Shown here one piece after another: positions 30,381 through 39,336 of a stretch of 64,000 nt of DNA. Source of the DNA: an uncultured Hymenobacter sp. GTDB taxonomy: Bacteria; Bacteroidota; Bacteroidia; Cytophagales; Hymenobacteraceae. The notes under the pieces were generated by a model, which did no database searches, was not told the DNA's origin, and was given only the letters and a program-made list of their open reading frames with translations. The stretch covers positions 9,778 to 73,777 of the forward strand of contig CAJYPK010000053.1 in assembly GCA_913776615.1 (NCBI GenBank). The letters are read 5' to 3'. The position numbers and the translations under genes were made by a program. How positions within the stretch are numbered: position 1 is the first letter of the stretch; each line of letters opens with the position of its first letter.

Positions 30381-30689
30381 TTGAGTAGTATGCTGATTGA
30401 CAGTGCCTTCAGGTCTCTGCCAGGGGAGATGGCGGCGCTATTCACTCGCCCGGAGGCCGACTCTACTCAAGTTCAAAGCTTGGGCGCGGGTCTTTATAAA
30501 ATCCGCTTAGCCAGCGCTAGCAAGGGCGGTGGTAAAAGCGGTGTCTTCCGCGTTATCACTTACTACGTGGAGCAGACGGCCGACGGTGAAATAGTCTATC
30601 TGGTAACGATTTATGATAAATCGGAAGCCGCCAGCATCACTAAGGATGAACTGGTGAAGTTACTGCAACAGGAACTGCCACCCGCGTAA
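30381..30689 (+). CDS. RelE/HigB-like toxin, N-terminus possibly degenerate
   Basis: SLGAGLYKIRLASASKGGGKSGVFRVITYY...VYLVTIYDKSEAASI resembles the RelE-like GKSGGxRV family. No convincing full-length start is present. Confidence 0.7.
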   Translation: MSSMLIDSAFRSLPGEMAALFTRPEADSTQVQSLGAGLYKIRLASASKGGGKSGVFRVITYYVEQTADGEIVYLVTIYDKSEAASITKDELVKLLQQELPPA

Positions 30690-30730
30690 AAGACAGCGCC
30701 TGCCCTGCGTAGGGTAGGCGCTGTCTTTTA
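30687..30730. terminator. Bidirectional terminator
   Basis: taaaagacagcgcctgccct / agggtaggcgctgtctttta. Confidence 0.9.
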
Positions 30731-30743
30731 CGCGGGTGGCTTG

Positions 30744-31487
30744 CTAAGCTCCCGTTGGCCCGAAGCGCTCGGTGAGAATCATTGCCGGTGCCAGCCCAGC
30801 GGCTTGTAAGCCGTTAGCCACGCTTTCGACCAGGCCCGTGGGGCCACACACGAAGGCTTGTGGCTTAGTCTCCCCAAACCTTGCCACCACTTCAGCCAGC
30901 ATGGCTGCGTCGATGCGGCGGTGGTAGCCGGCCCAGCCGGGCGGGGTCTGGCGGGTATAGTCGAGCAGTAGCGTGAAGCCGTCGTCGGCCTGCGCCATTG
31001 CTTCTAATTCAGCGCGGTAAATAACTTCCTCGGGTGTGCGGACGCTGAACAGCAGCACAGCCGGCGGGCGCAGGCCCAGCCGCTGCCGGTGGCGCAGTAT
31101 GGCCATGAGCGGCACCACGCCCGAGCCGCCGCCCACGAGCAGTAGGGGCGGCGCGCCGGGCTCGCCCCGCCACACGAAATAGCCGCCGATGGGGCCGCGT
31201 ACCTCCAGCTGGTCGCCCACGGCCACGCCCTCGTCGAGGTAGCCCGACACCTCGCCGTCGGGGATGATTTCGACGGTCAACTCGATCTCGCCGGTTTGCT
31301 CGGGCGGGGAAGCGATGGAGTAGCTGCGCTCGGCCTGGTAGCCACCCTCGGCGGTGAGGCGCAGGTCGTAGTGCTGGCCGGCGAGGTGGGGCGTGAACTG
31401 CGGGAGGCTGAGAATGAAGGTTTTGACGTGCGGCGTCTCGGGCCGGATGGCCGTGACGGTGGCTAGTTGCCAGGTTACTTTACTCAT
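30744..31487 (-). CDS. Ferredoxin-NADP reductase-like FAD/NAD(P)-binding oxidoreductase
   Basis: AGQHYDLRL, RSYSIAS, GEVSGYL, GGGSGVVP, FVCGP motifs. Confidence 0.92.
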   Translation of the reverse strand: MSKVTWQLATVTAIRPETPHVKTFILSLPQFTPHLAGQHYDLRLTAEGGYQAERSYSIASPPEQTGEIELTVEIIPDGEVSGYLDEGVAVGDQLEVRGPIGGYFVWRGEPGAPPLLLVGGGSGVVPLMAILRHRQRLGLRPPAVLLFSVRTPEEVIYRAELEAMAQADDGFTLLLDYTRQTPPGWAGYHRRIDAAMLAEVVARFGETKPQAFVCGPTGLVESVANGLQAAGLAPAMILTERFGPTGA

Positions 31488-32125
31488 AGCCGAATGCTGC
31501 TGGCGCTGGCCTGGTCGTCGTCATCGTCGCGGTAGCGCTGCTCTTTCCAGGGGTCGCCGTACATGCTGTAGCCGCCGCGCTCCCAGAAGCCGGGCTCGTC
31601 CTGGGCCGTGAAGCGCAGGCCCTGCACCCACTTGGCGCTTTTCCAGAAGTAGAGGTGGGGCACTACCAGGCGGGCGGGGCCGCCGTGCTCGGGGGTGAGG
31701 GGCTGGCCGTCGTAGACGAGGCCCACGAAGGCCTTGCCGTCGCGCAGGTCGGCCAGCGGTACGTTGGTGGTGTAGCCGCCGTAGCTGAACTCGGTGACGA
31801 ACTGCGCCTCGGGCTTGAGCTTAACGTGCTCCAGCAGGGTATCCACGCTCACGCCGCGCCAGTGGGTGTCGAATTTGCTCCACTTCGTGACGCAGTGAAT
31901 GTCGGGGTTGAAATCCTGCATGGGCAGCTTGTTGAATTCCTCCCAGCTCCACTTCACGGGTTCTTCGACCAGGCCTTCGAGGCGAAACTCCCAGGTGGCG
32001 AGGTTGATGCGGGGCGTGGGGCCGGCGGTGAGCACCGGAAAGTCGGTGGTTTCGTACTGGCCGGGCGGCAGCTTGTGATTGCTCTGGCGCTTGGGCTGAA
32101 AGCCCTTGTTGGTGAAAAAGCCCAT
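31484..32125 (-). CDS. Sulfite oxidase-like molybdopterin-binding oxidoreductase
   Basis: LPPGQ, DIHCVTKWSK, HGGPARLVVPHLYFWKSAKWV, GFWE..GY. Overlaps the reductase by 4 nt (coupled operon). Confidence 0.92.
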   Translation of the reverse strand: MGFFTNKGFQPKRQSNHKLPPGQYETTDFPVLTAGPTPRINLATWEFRLEGLVEEPVKWSWEEFNKLPMQDFNPDIHCVTKWSKFDTHWRGVSVDTLLEHVKLKPEAQFVTEFSYGGYTTNVPLADLRDGKAFVGLVYDGQPLTPEHGGPARLVVPHLYFWKSAKWVQGLRFTAQDEPGFWERGGYSMYGDPWKEQRYRDDDDDQASASSIRL

Positions 32126-32273
32126 GTGGAGTGGGGGAGGGAAAAGGCGGTTGGGAAGTGATTTAGGGGGTTACCAGAAAGTCCTTGGCTTTACTCTCTT
32201 GCTAGCACAACAGCTACGCGGTAAAACTTACCCGGTTAGGCGCCTTACCTAAGCGCTAGCGCGGTTTTCGGTA

Positions 32274-32339
32274 ATAGCGCGGACGTTGTAGTCCGCATTT
32301 CGTCAGCCCACTAAACGCGGACTACAACGTCCACGCTAC
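32274..32339. repeat. REP doublet (REPIN-like), family A, copy 1
   Basis: atagcgcggacgttgtagtccgca ... cgcggactacaacgtccacgctac. Confidence 0.85.
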
Positions 32340-35300
32340 TACTCTGAATCCAGAGGCTCGCCGTCGTCTTCGGGCTCCTCCAGCTCGATTTCCACGCCGG
32401 CTACTACTACGAAGCGGCTTTTAAAGCGGGCGTAGAGCGCATTCATGCCCAGCAGTAGCAAGCCCATAAAGATGAAGACGATGGCCCGCGTAACGGTGCC
32501 ACTGCGGCTGAGGTCGAAGAATACCAGCCGCACCAGGCTGGCCAGCATGCCGGCCAGGGCCACGTAGCGCAGGTCCTGGCGGCGCAGCAGCAGGCTGGCG
32601 CTGAAGATGGCTACCACCTCCAGCATAAGCAGCACGGTGAGCACCGAGCGGTCGAAAGACTGGATGAAGAACAAGGCCAGCGCTACCAGGGCGGGGTAGA
32701 GCAGCGCCGACTCCAACGGGCGGCGAGCCGGCTGGGCCAGCGCGCGCCAGGCGGGTGAGAGGCCGGCCAGGGGCGCGTTGCCGACTTGCAGCGCCAGGGC
32801 CACGTAGCCGAAGAGCAGCGCCACGGCGCTGGCCACGGCCCACCAGTCGGCGCTCAGGAGCTGGCCGGGATTCAGATAAAGCAAGCAGGTAGCGCTTACC
32901 GAGGCGGCCGCCAGCCAGTAATACAGGCGGCCGTACACCATCAGCCGCCGGAAGCGGAGCGGTAATTGCGCGGCCAGGGCGCAGGAGAGCAGCGCAAACA
33001 TCACCCACGCCAGCGGCAGCCAGGGCGTGCGGACGTGGTGGGCCAGCGTCAGCGAGCCGAAGGCCAGCGCCGCCTCGGGCAGCCAGGGGTGCAGCACGCG
33101 CCAGGAGTGGTACACCGGGGCCGTGGCCGGCGGCCGGGCCACGGCCAGCGCCGCCAGCACCCCAAAGTAGGCCGCCGCCGTGAGATATTCGGCCGGTAAG
33201 TGCAGCAGGGTTTCGGCAGTGGCCAGCAGGCGCAGGTGCACCAGCAGGCCAGCCACCAGCAAGCCGTAGCACAGGTGCAGCAAGTAGCGGTCGGGCTGCC
33301 CGGCGCGGCGTACGGCCGCCGCATCGGGTAGGCTACGCCGCCAGACTTGCGCCGCCCCGAACGCCGCGCCCGCCAGGACCAGCAGCCCCAGGACCAAACA
33401 GGCGAGGTGCGCGGGGGGGACACTCGCCAGCAGCATCATTACCACTTGTGCCCCCAGGAAATACAGCCACGGCCAGCGTACGAAGCGTGCGCCGGGCACC
33501 CACCACGCAGTGAGCAGACCGCCCAGCGGCACCGCCACGGTGGGGAGCAGGTACAGCAGCACGGCACCCGCGGCCCAGGGTGCCCCGCCCGCCAGGTGCG
33601 CCGCCAGGGCGACCGGCAGCACGTGCGCCCATTGCAGCCCCACGTAGCCGAGTGCCGCCAGCAGTAGCCCCAGCCACAGCCCCGGCACCGCCCGGCGCTG
33701 GCGCAGGTAGAGCAGCGCGCCCAGCAGGCCGACCATCGCCCAGCCTGCCCAGGCGTGCGCGTATTGCCGCTCGCCCGCCCCCAGCAGCAGCCAGCCAATG
33801 GCTACTCCGAGCAGCGGCAGCTGGTAGCCGCCCGGCACGGGCAGGCGGGCATAATCGGCCGCCCCGGCCAGCAGTGCCCGCCGCTGCAGCTGATACCCCA
33901 GCGTGAGCAGGGCCGCACCCAGCAGCAAGCCAGCCTGCGTTAGCGGGGCCAACGTGCCCGGGGCCGAGCTGCGCACCAGTATCGGCAGCAGGGCCGCCAG
34001 TACTACCAGCAGGTAGGTTTGGACGTGCAGCAGGTCTTCTTCGTCGCGGCGGGCCAGGAGCAGGGCCGCGAGCAGGTTTTCGGCATACAAGACCGTCAGT
34101 ACGGCGGGCCAGGTGAGGCCCAGCTTGTGCAATCCCACTACTGCCGCCAGCATGGCTAGCTGCGCCACTACCAGTTGCTGCCGCCGCACCCAGCGCGGCG
34201 CCCAGCCGCGGCGGTGCACCCAGTAACCCAGACCCAGGGCCGCCAGCGTCAGGACCGGTAGCAGCCCCAATGCCCGGGTATCGGCCCACTTGAACACCAG
34301 CGTTCCTAATAGCAAACCCGCCCCAGCTTGCAGGAAGCCCGCCAGGCCGGCATAGGTGCTCAGCCAGCCGCGTACGGTGGCGGCTGGCTCGCTGCTCTTG
34401 AGAGAAAGCTGCCGGAAAGAGAATTGCACGAAGGCCAGGCTGCCCCAGCCGGCCAGGGCCAGCAGCAAGGCATCGCGGTAGAGCAGGGGCGGGAGCTGCG
34501 TGCTGAACTGGCTGCCGGCCAGCAGCAATAGTGAGCTGCCCGTGAGCAGGGCCTCGGCCAGCGCGGCCTGGTGCAGGAGCGCGTCGCGGCGGGCGAGCAG
34601 CGTCGCTACCAGCAGGTTTTCGGCAAAAAGCAGGGCGAGGATAACCGACCAGCTCAGGTGAACCTCGTGCAGGCCGACTATCGCCAGCACCACGAAAAAC
34701 TGCCCGATCACCAGTTGCTGCCGCCGCACCCAGCCGGGGGTCAGGCCGGTAGCCCGCACCCAGGCCGCCAGCGCCAGCGCGGCGAGAGCCAGCCCCAGCA
34801 GCGCCGCCAGCAGCAGTCCCACCGGTGCTTGTGCCCAGCCAAACAGTACCCGTGCCAGCAGCAGGCCCGTGCCCACTTGCAGCAGCCCGGCCAGCCCGGC
34901 AAAGCTGTGCAGCAAATAACTCATCTGCGCGGAAAGCAAACTAGATAAATCGGCCGCAACGCGGTGCCAGCCCGCAGGGAGTAGTTGCTTGTAAGTAGCT
35001 TGCACGAAGGCCAGGCTGATGCCGCCCGCCAGGGCCAGCAGCAGGGCATCGCGGTAGAGCAGCGCGGGCGGGCTGTTGTCGAGGTGGGTAGCGGCCAGCA
35101 GCAGTAGACTGCCGCCCGCGGCCAGGGCACCCAGCATGGCTGCGCGGTGAAGCAGGCCATCGCGGCGGGCCAGCAGCAGCACGGCCACCAGGGTTTCGAG
35201 GTAGAGCACGAGCAAGACGGTTGGCCAGCTCACGCCCCACTCGTGCAGCCCGCCGATGGCAAGTACGATGAAGACCTGGCCCAGCACTACCTGCTGCCGG

Positions 35301-38300
35301 CGTACCCAAACGGGCGCCCGGCCCGCCGCCCGCACCCAGGCGGCCAGCCCCAGCGCGGCTGCGGCCAGGACCAGGAGAGCGGTGAGGAGCAGCCCCACCG
35401 GTGCGGGGTGCCAGCCGGTCAGGGCCTTAGCCAGCAGGCCGCCCGTACCTAGTTGCAGCAGGCCCGCCAAGCCCGCCAGGTAGCCCAGCCAGGTGGGGTT
35501 TGCTTCGGGATTGGAGGCTATAGTGGCCGCGGGCTCCCCGGCCCGGCGGGCGGCGGGCTTCACGCCGAGGAGTAGCGGAAACCTCAGGGACCATTGCACA
35601 AGGGCCAGGGCCAGCCAGCCGGCCAGGGCCAGCAGCAGCGCCTCGCGGTAGAGGGCCGTGGGCTGGCTGTCGTCGAGGTGGCGAAGGGCGGTCAGGAGCA
35701 GGTTGGAGCCGGTGAGCAGCGCCGTAGCTACGACGGCGCGGTACGCCAGGGGGTGGAGCGGGTCGGCCTCGTCGTGGCCGGCCAGCAGGAAGGCTACCAG
35801 CAAGTTCTCGGCAAAAAGAATGAGTAGCAGCACCGACCAGATAAGACCCAGTTCGTGCAGCCCGAAGATGGCCGTTAGCACCGCCGCCTGCGCCAGCCCC
35901 AGCTGTTGCCAGCGCACCCAGCCGGGCGCCACGGTACCCCGCCGCACCCAGGCGGCCAGTACGATGGCCGCACCCGCCAGCCCCAGCAGCGCCCCTAGGA
36001 GGAGCCCCGTCGGGGCAGGCATTGCACCAAACAGCACCCGCGCTACCAGCAGCCCGGCCCCGAGCTGGAGCAGCCCGCCCAGCCCGGCAAAGGCACTCAG
36101 CCAGCGACGGTAATGGTCGGCCGGGGCATTGTTGGTCAATGGGTTGGTTGATTCAAATGCGACCGTGAGAAATCGTCGGAAGGCGAGCTGCGCAAAAGCC
36201 ACGCTCCCCCAGCCGGTCAGGCTCAACAGCAAGGCGTGGCGATAAAGCAGCACGCGGGGCGCATCGACCTGCCCGAAGACTACCAGCAGCAAACTCAGGC
36301 CGGTGAGCAGCGTTCCCAGCATGGCGGCGCGATGCAGGAGCAAGTCGCGCCGGGCCAGCAGCAGTACCGCGCCCAGGTGTTCAGCAAAAAGCAGCGTGCA
36401 AACGACCGGCCAGCTCAAGTGGGCTTCGTGTAGGCCAGCGACGGCCAACACGGCAAACAGCTGGGCCAGCCCCAGCTGCTGCCGTCGCACCCAGTCGGGC
36501 GTGCGGGGGGCCGCCTGTACCCAGGCCGCCAGCCCCACCGAGATGCCCGCCAGCGCGGCCAGGCTCGCGAGCAGTCCCGCTACGGGTACGTTTGGCCAGG
36601 CAAATAGCGCCCGCGCCAGCAGCAGGCCCGCAACCGCCTGCGCCGCGCCCATCAGTCCCGCTAGCAGGCCGGGCAAGAGGCGGTGCGTCCGCTGGCCGGG
36701 AGCGTACTGCGTCGATTGGGTGAGATTGTCGAAGGTAGAATCTTGACTAGAAGCAGCTTGCCCAGCCAACAGCAGGGGCTGCCTGAAAAGGGATTGCCCG
36801 AACGCCAGCCCGGCCCAGCCGGCCAGGACCAGCACCAGCGCGTCGCGGTAGAGCGTGGCGGGCGGCGCATCGAGCGCCCGGCCGCCGGCTACCAGCAGTA
36901 GAATCGCGCTGGCCAGCAGCGCGCCGCTCATGGCCACGCGGTATACCAGGGCTTCGCGCTGCCGGGCCATGATGAGGGCCACCAGCAGCGTTTCGAGTAG
37001 CATGAAGAGCAGGATAACCGGCGGCGTAGCGTGCCAGCCTTGCAGCGACAGCGCCGTGGCCAGCCCCAGAATGAGCGAGAGAATGGTGTCGGTCTGAAAC
37101 AGCCAGCCGATGCCCAGCCGCCGGGCCTGCCGCCCGGCCCAGAACGTGAGCGCGGCCCCCAGCGCCAGCGGCACCGTTTTCCAAATCGAGCCCGTGCTGT
37201 AGAGGTAGAGGTTGACGCCCAGGCAGGTCCAGTTGAGCAGGTGCGAGGCGAAGAGCAGCGGCTCAAACCGGCGCTCGGCGTACACGCGGCGGTACTGCAC
37301 TACGGCCGCCGCCCCGCCCACCAGCAACACCAGGGCCATTGCTATCAGGCGCGTACTGCCCGCCACGGCGGCCAGCTGTTGATGCCAGTAAAGGTGAAAC
37401 GCAAAGAAGCTGACGATGCTGAGTAGCAGCTGATATTTCCACTGCTGGCGGTAGGTAATGGCGATGCTGAAGGCCGTGACCCCGGCCGCCGCGCCCAGCG
37501 TGAGGGGCGTGGGCGGCAGCACCGCCAGCGCCACCAGGCTCAGCACGCCGTGCAGGGTAGCGATTTCCTGGCGGCTGGCCCGCCAGGCCAGGTAGAGATT
37601 GGCGCTCACGCCAGCCAGCAGCAACAAGTAGTCGAAGGGCGCAGTAGCCCAGCGCAGGCCCGGAATACTCACCGCCCCCACGCAGGCAAATAGGAAAATA
37701 GCCGCCGCGCTGCTCAGCAGCCAGGCATTCAGCTTGCGGGCGAAGTCCTTGCGGCGCAGCGCAAACCGCGCCCCCAGCAGCACGCCCGCGAAGGCGCAAA
37801 TCAACAAAAAGCGCAGCTGCGGCGACACCCGCAGCGCCGCGTAGATTCCCAGGAATCCGACGCCCGTTACGAGCACCACGGCCCCCAGGATACCGGTCCA
37901 GTTTTCGAGCAGGATGGTAGAAGCGCGCTCCCAAAAGGTGGGGCCGCTGGGCACCGGCTTGGGGCGAAGCACCGGGCGAGCGGGCGGTAGCGGCGGCCGG
38001 GGTGCGGCCGGGCGCGGCCGGGGCATAGGGGGTGGCGTTGGCGCGGCCAGGGGCTCCGGTGCAGGTGCGGAAGGCGCGTCGGGTTCTGCCGTGGCGGCCT
38101 CAGCCGCCGGGGTGGGTTCGGCTTCTACGTCCGGCGTGGGCGCTGCCGTTTCCGCAGCTGGCCCGGTCTCGGCCGTGGGCTGTGGTTCGGTCGCCGGGCT
38201 GGCGTCGGTCACGTCGATGGGCTCCGTTGCTACTGCCCGGGCCGGCTCTTCTTCGGTAATTGGCTCGGCGTCCGCCAGCGCTCTTGCTTCCGTTTCGGGG

Positions 38301-38935
38301 TGGATTTCGGCAGTCAGCGCTGGGGTGGGAGTGGCTGCGAATTCTTCCTCCGGCACCGTTACTTCAGGTTCTGGGGGCGTCGGGGCTGGGGTTGGCTCGG
38401 CGGCGGGTGCGAGCTCTGCCGGGCTTTCCGGCTCGGGCAAGGTCGGCACCGGGGGAAAGGCTTCGGAAAGTAGCGGGGCGCTACCTGCCGGTGCTTCGAG
38501 CGAGAACGCCTGCCCGGTCTCGGCGGGCTGCGTTTCGGCGGCTTCTTCCTGGGCTTCCTGAGCGGGGGCTAGCGGTAGCTCGGCAGGGGTGCCCAGCGCC
38601 TCATCAGCCGGCTCGGGCGTAGTGACCGCAGCGACCGCGGTGGCCGGGGCAACGGCTGCGTCAGGTTCCGCAACGGGTGCGGAATCCGCCCAGGCAGTTG
38701 AGTAGCCGGCCCATTGCGCGGGTGCCGGCATAGCGGGTACCGCCTGGAGCTGGGCAAGCTCCTGACGCAGGGCGGCGAGCTGGTTGCGCAGGTCCAGCAG
38801 CTCGCCCTGCAGCTGGCGCTGCCGGGCCGATTGGCCACCCAGATCAGCTTCTAAGTCGCTGACGCGCCGGGGTACTTCCCAACTTCGCGCGATGAAAACG
38901 AGGGCAACAAAGAGCCCTACCACGATAAGAACCAT
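32339..38935 (-). CDS. Very large DUF2339-like polytopic membrane protein with five internal tandem modules
   Basis: N-terminal TM plus coiled coil and Pro/Ala/Glu linker. ENWTGILGAVVLVTGVGFL and the C-terminal LVRLVFFDL...RAIVFIFMGLLLL are DUF2339-like. LYRDALLL and WVRRQQL each occur five times. Confidence 0.8.
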   Translation of the reverse strand: MVLIVVGLFVALVFIARSWEVPRRVSDLEADLGGQSARQRQLQGELLDLRNQLAALRQELAQLQAVPAMPAPAQWAGYSTAWADSAPVAEPDAAVAPATAVAAVTTPEPADEALGTPAELPLAPAQEAQEEAAETQPAETGQAFSLEAPAGSAPLLSEAFPPVPTLPEPESPAELAPAAEPTPAPTPPEPEVTVPEEEFAATPTPALTAEIHPETEARALADAEPITEEEPARAVATEPIDVTDASPATEPQPTAETGPAAETAAPTPDVEAEPTPAAEAATAEPDAPSAPAPEPLAAPTPPPMPRPRPAAPRPPLPPARPVLRPKPVPSGPTFWERASTILLENWTGILGAVVLVTGVGFLGIYAALRVSPQLRFLLICAFAGVLLGARFALRRKDFARKLNAWLLSSAAAIFLFACVGAVSIPGLRWATAPFDYLLLLAGVSANLYLAWRASRQEIATLHGVLSLVALAVLPPTPLTLGAAAGVTAFSIAITYRQQWKYQLLLSIVSFFAFHLYWHQQLAAVAGSTRLIAMALVLLVGGAAAVVQYRRVYAERRFEPLLFASHLLNWTCLGVNLYLYSTGSIWKTVPLALGAALTFWAGRQARRLGIGWLFQTDTILSLILGLATALSLQGWHATPPVILLFMLLETLLVALIMARQREALVYRVAMSGALLASAILLLVAGGRALDAPPATLYRDALVLVLAGWAGLAFGQSLFRQPLLLAGQAASSQDSTFDNLTQSTQYAPGQRTHRLLPGLLAGLMGAAQAVAGLLLARALFAWPNVPVAGLLASLAALAGISVGLAAWVQAAPRTPDWVRRQQLGLAQLFAVLAVAGLHEAHLSWPVVCTLLFAEHLGAVLLLARRDLLLHRAAMLGTLLTGLSLLLVVFGQVDAPRVLLYRHALLLSLTGWGSVAFAQLAFRRFLTVAFESTNPLTNNAPADHYRRWLSAFAGLGGLLQLGAGLLVARVLFGAMPAPTGLLLGALLGLAGAAIVLAAWVRRGTVAPGWVRWQQLGLAQAAVLTAIFGLHELGLIWSVLLLILFAENLLVAFLLAGHDEADPLHPLAYRAVVATALLTGSNLLLTALRHLDDSQPTALYREALLLALAGWLALALVQWSLRFPLLLGVKPAARRAGEPAATIASNPEANPTWLGYLAGLAGLLQLGTGGLLAKALTGWHPAPVGLLLTALLVLAAAALGLAAWVRAAGRAPVWVRRQQVVLGQVFIVLAIGGLHEWGVSWPTVLLVLYLETLVAVLLLARRDGLLHRAAMLGALAAGGSLLLLAATHLDNSPPALLYRDALLLALAGGISLAFVQATYKQLLPAGWHRVAADLSSLLSAQMSYLLHSFAGLAGLLQVGTGLLLARVLFGWAQAPVGLLLAALLGLALAALALAAWVRATGLTPGWVRRQQLVIGQFFVVLAIVGLHEVHLSWSVILALLFAENLLVATLLARRDALLHQAALAEALLTGSSLLLLAGSQFSTQLPPLLYRDALLLALAGWGSLAFVQFSFRQLSLKSSEPAATVRGWLSTYAGLAGFLQAGAGLLLGTLVFKWADTRALGLLPVLTLAALGLGYWVHRRGWAPRWVRRQQLVVAQLAMLAAVVGLHKLGLTWPAVLTVLYAENLLAALLLARRDEEDLLHVQTYLLVVLAALLPILVRSSAPGTLAPLTQAGLLLGAALLTLGYQLQRRALLAGAADYARLPVPGGYQLPLLGVAIGWLLLGAGERQYAHAWAGWAMVGLLGALLYLRQRRAVPGLWLGLLLAALGYVGLQWAHVLPVALAAHLAGGAPWAAGAVLLYLLPTVAVPLGGLLTAWWVPGARFVRWPWLYFLGAQVVMMLLASVPPAHLACLVLGLLVLAGAAFGAAQVWRRSLPDAAAVRRAGQPDRYLLHLCYGLLVAGLLVHLRLLATAETLLHLPAEYLTAAAYFGVLAALAVARPPATAPVYHSWRVLHPWLPEAALAFGSLTLAHHVRTPWLPLAWVMFALLSCALAAQLPLRFRRLMVYGRLYYWLAAASVSATCLLYLNPGQLLSADWWAVASAVALLFGYVALALQVGNAPLAGLSPAWRALAQPARRPLESALLYPALVALALFFIQSFDRSVLTVLLMLEVVAIFSASLLLRRQDLRYVALAGMLASLVRLVFFDLSRSGTVTRAIVFIFMGLLLLGMNALYARFKSRFVVVAGVEIELEEPEDDGEPLDSE

Positions 38936-39011
38936 GGGCAGTGGGGGTAAAGGTGAAAAAATTGGCCAAAACGGCCACGAAATCAGCCCGGTACCACCCA
39001 GGTTCGGATAG

Positions 39012-39019
39012 CAAATGTA
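39012..39019 (-). promoter_or_regulatory. Bacteroidota -7 element for the DUF2339-like gene
   Basis: TACATTTG on the minus strand. Confidence 0.6.
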
Positions 39020-39063
39020 AAAGAAAAGCCGGAATTATGTACGAAACCCGAATTTTATACCAA

Positions 39064-39100
39064 AAAAAAGTCGTCTCAGTGGTATTGAGACGACTTTTTG
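39064..39100. terminator. Terminator hairpin
   Basis: aaaaaagtcgtctca / tgagacgactttttt perfect 15-bp arms. Confidence 0.85.
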
Positions 39101-39182
39101 CAACTGTAAAAAACGCTTTGGCGGGTGTGCAGGCCGGTTTTCCACCGGTAGAGAACCAGCTTACTCAGCCCGGCTCCCTCCT

Positions 39183-39261
39183 TGTAACCCCAAGCTCCAG
39201 CTTGGAGCGCCGTCGAAGTGCGCTCGCTGGGCGCCCTCCCAAGCCGGAACTTGGTGTTACA
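39183..39261. repeat. REP-like doublet, family B
   Basis: tgtaaccccaagctccagcttgg versus the reverse complement of ccaagccggaacttggtgttaca: 20/23 identity. Each unit contains a ccaag/cttgg hairpin. Confidence 0.7.
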
Positions 39262-39336
39262 TCTGCTAGATTAATTGGTAGTTTTTTGTAGTAATATTCT
39301 GACTGTAAATATTTTGCGCCAGGATATGCGCTAAGC

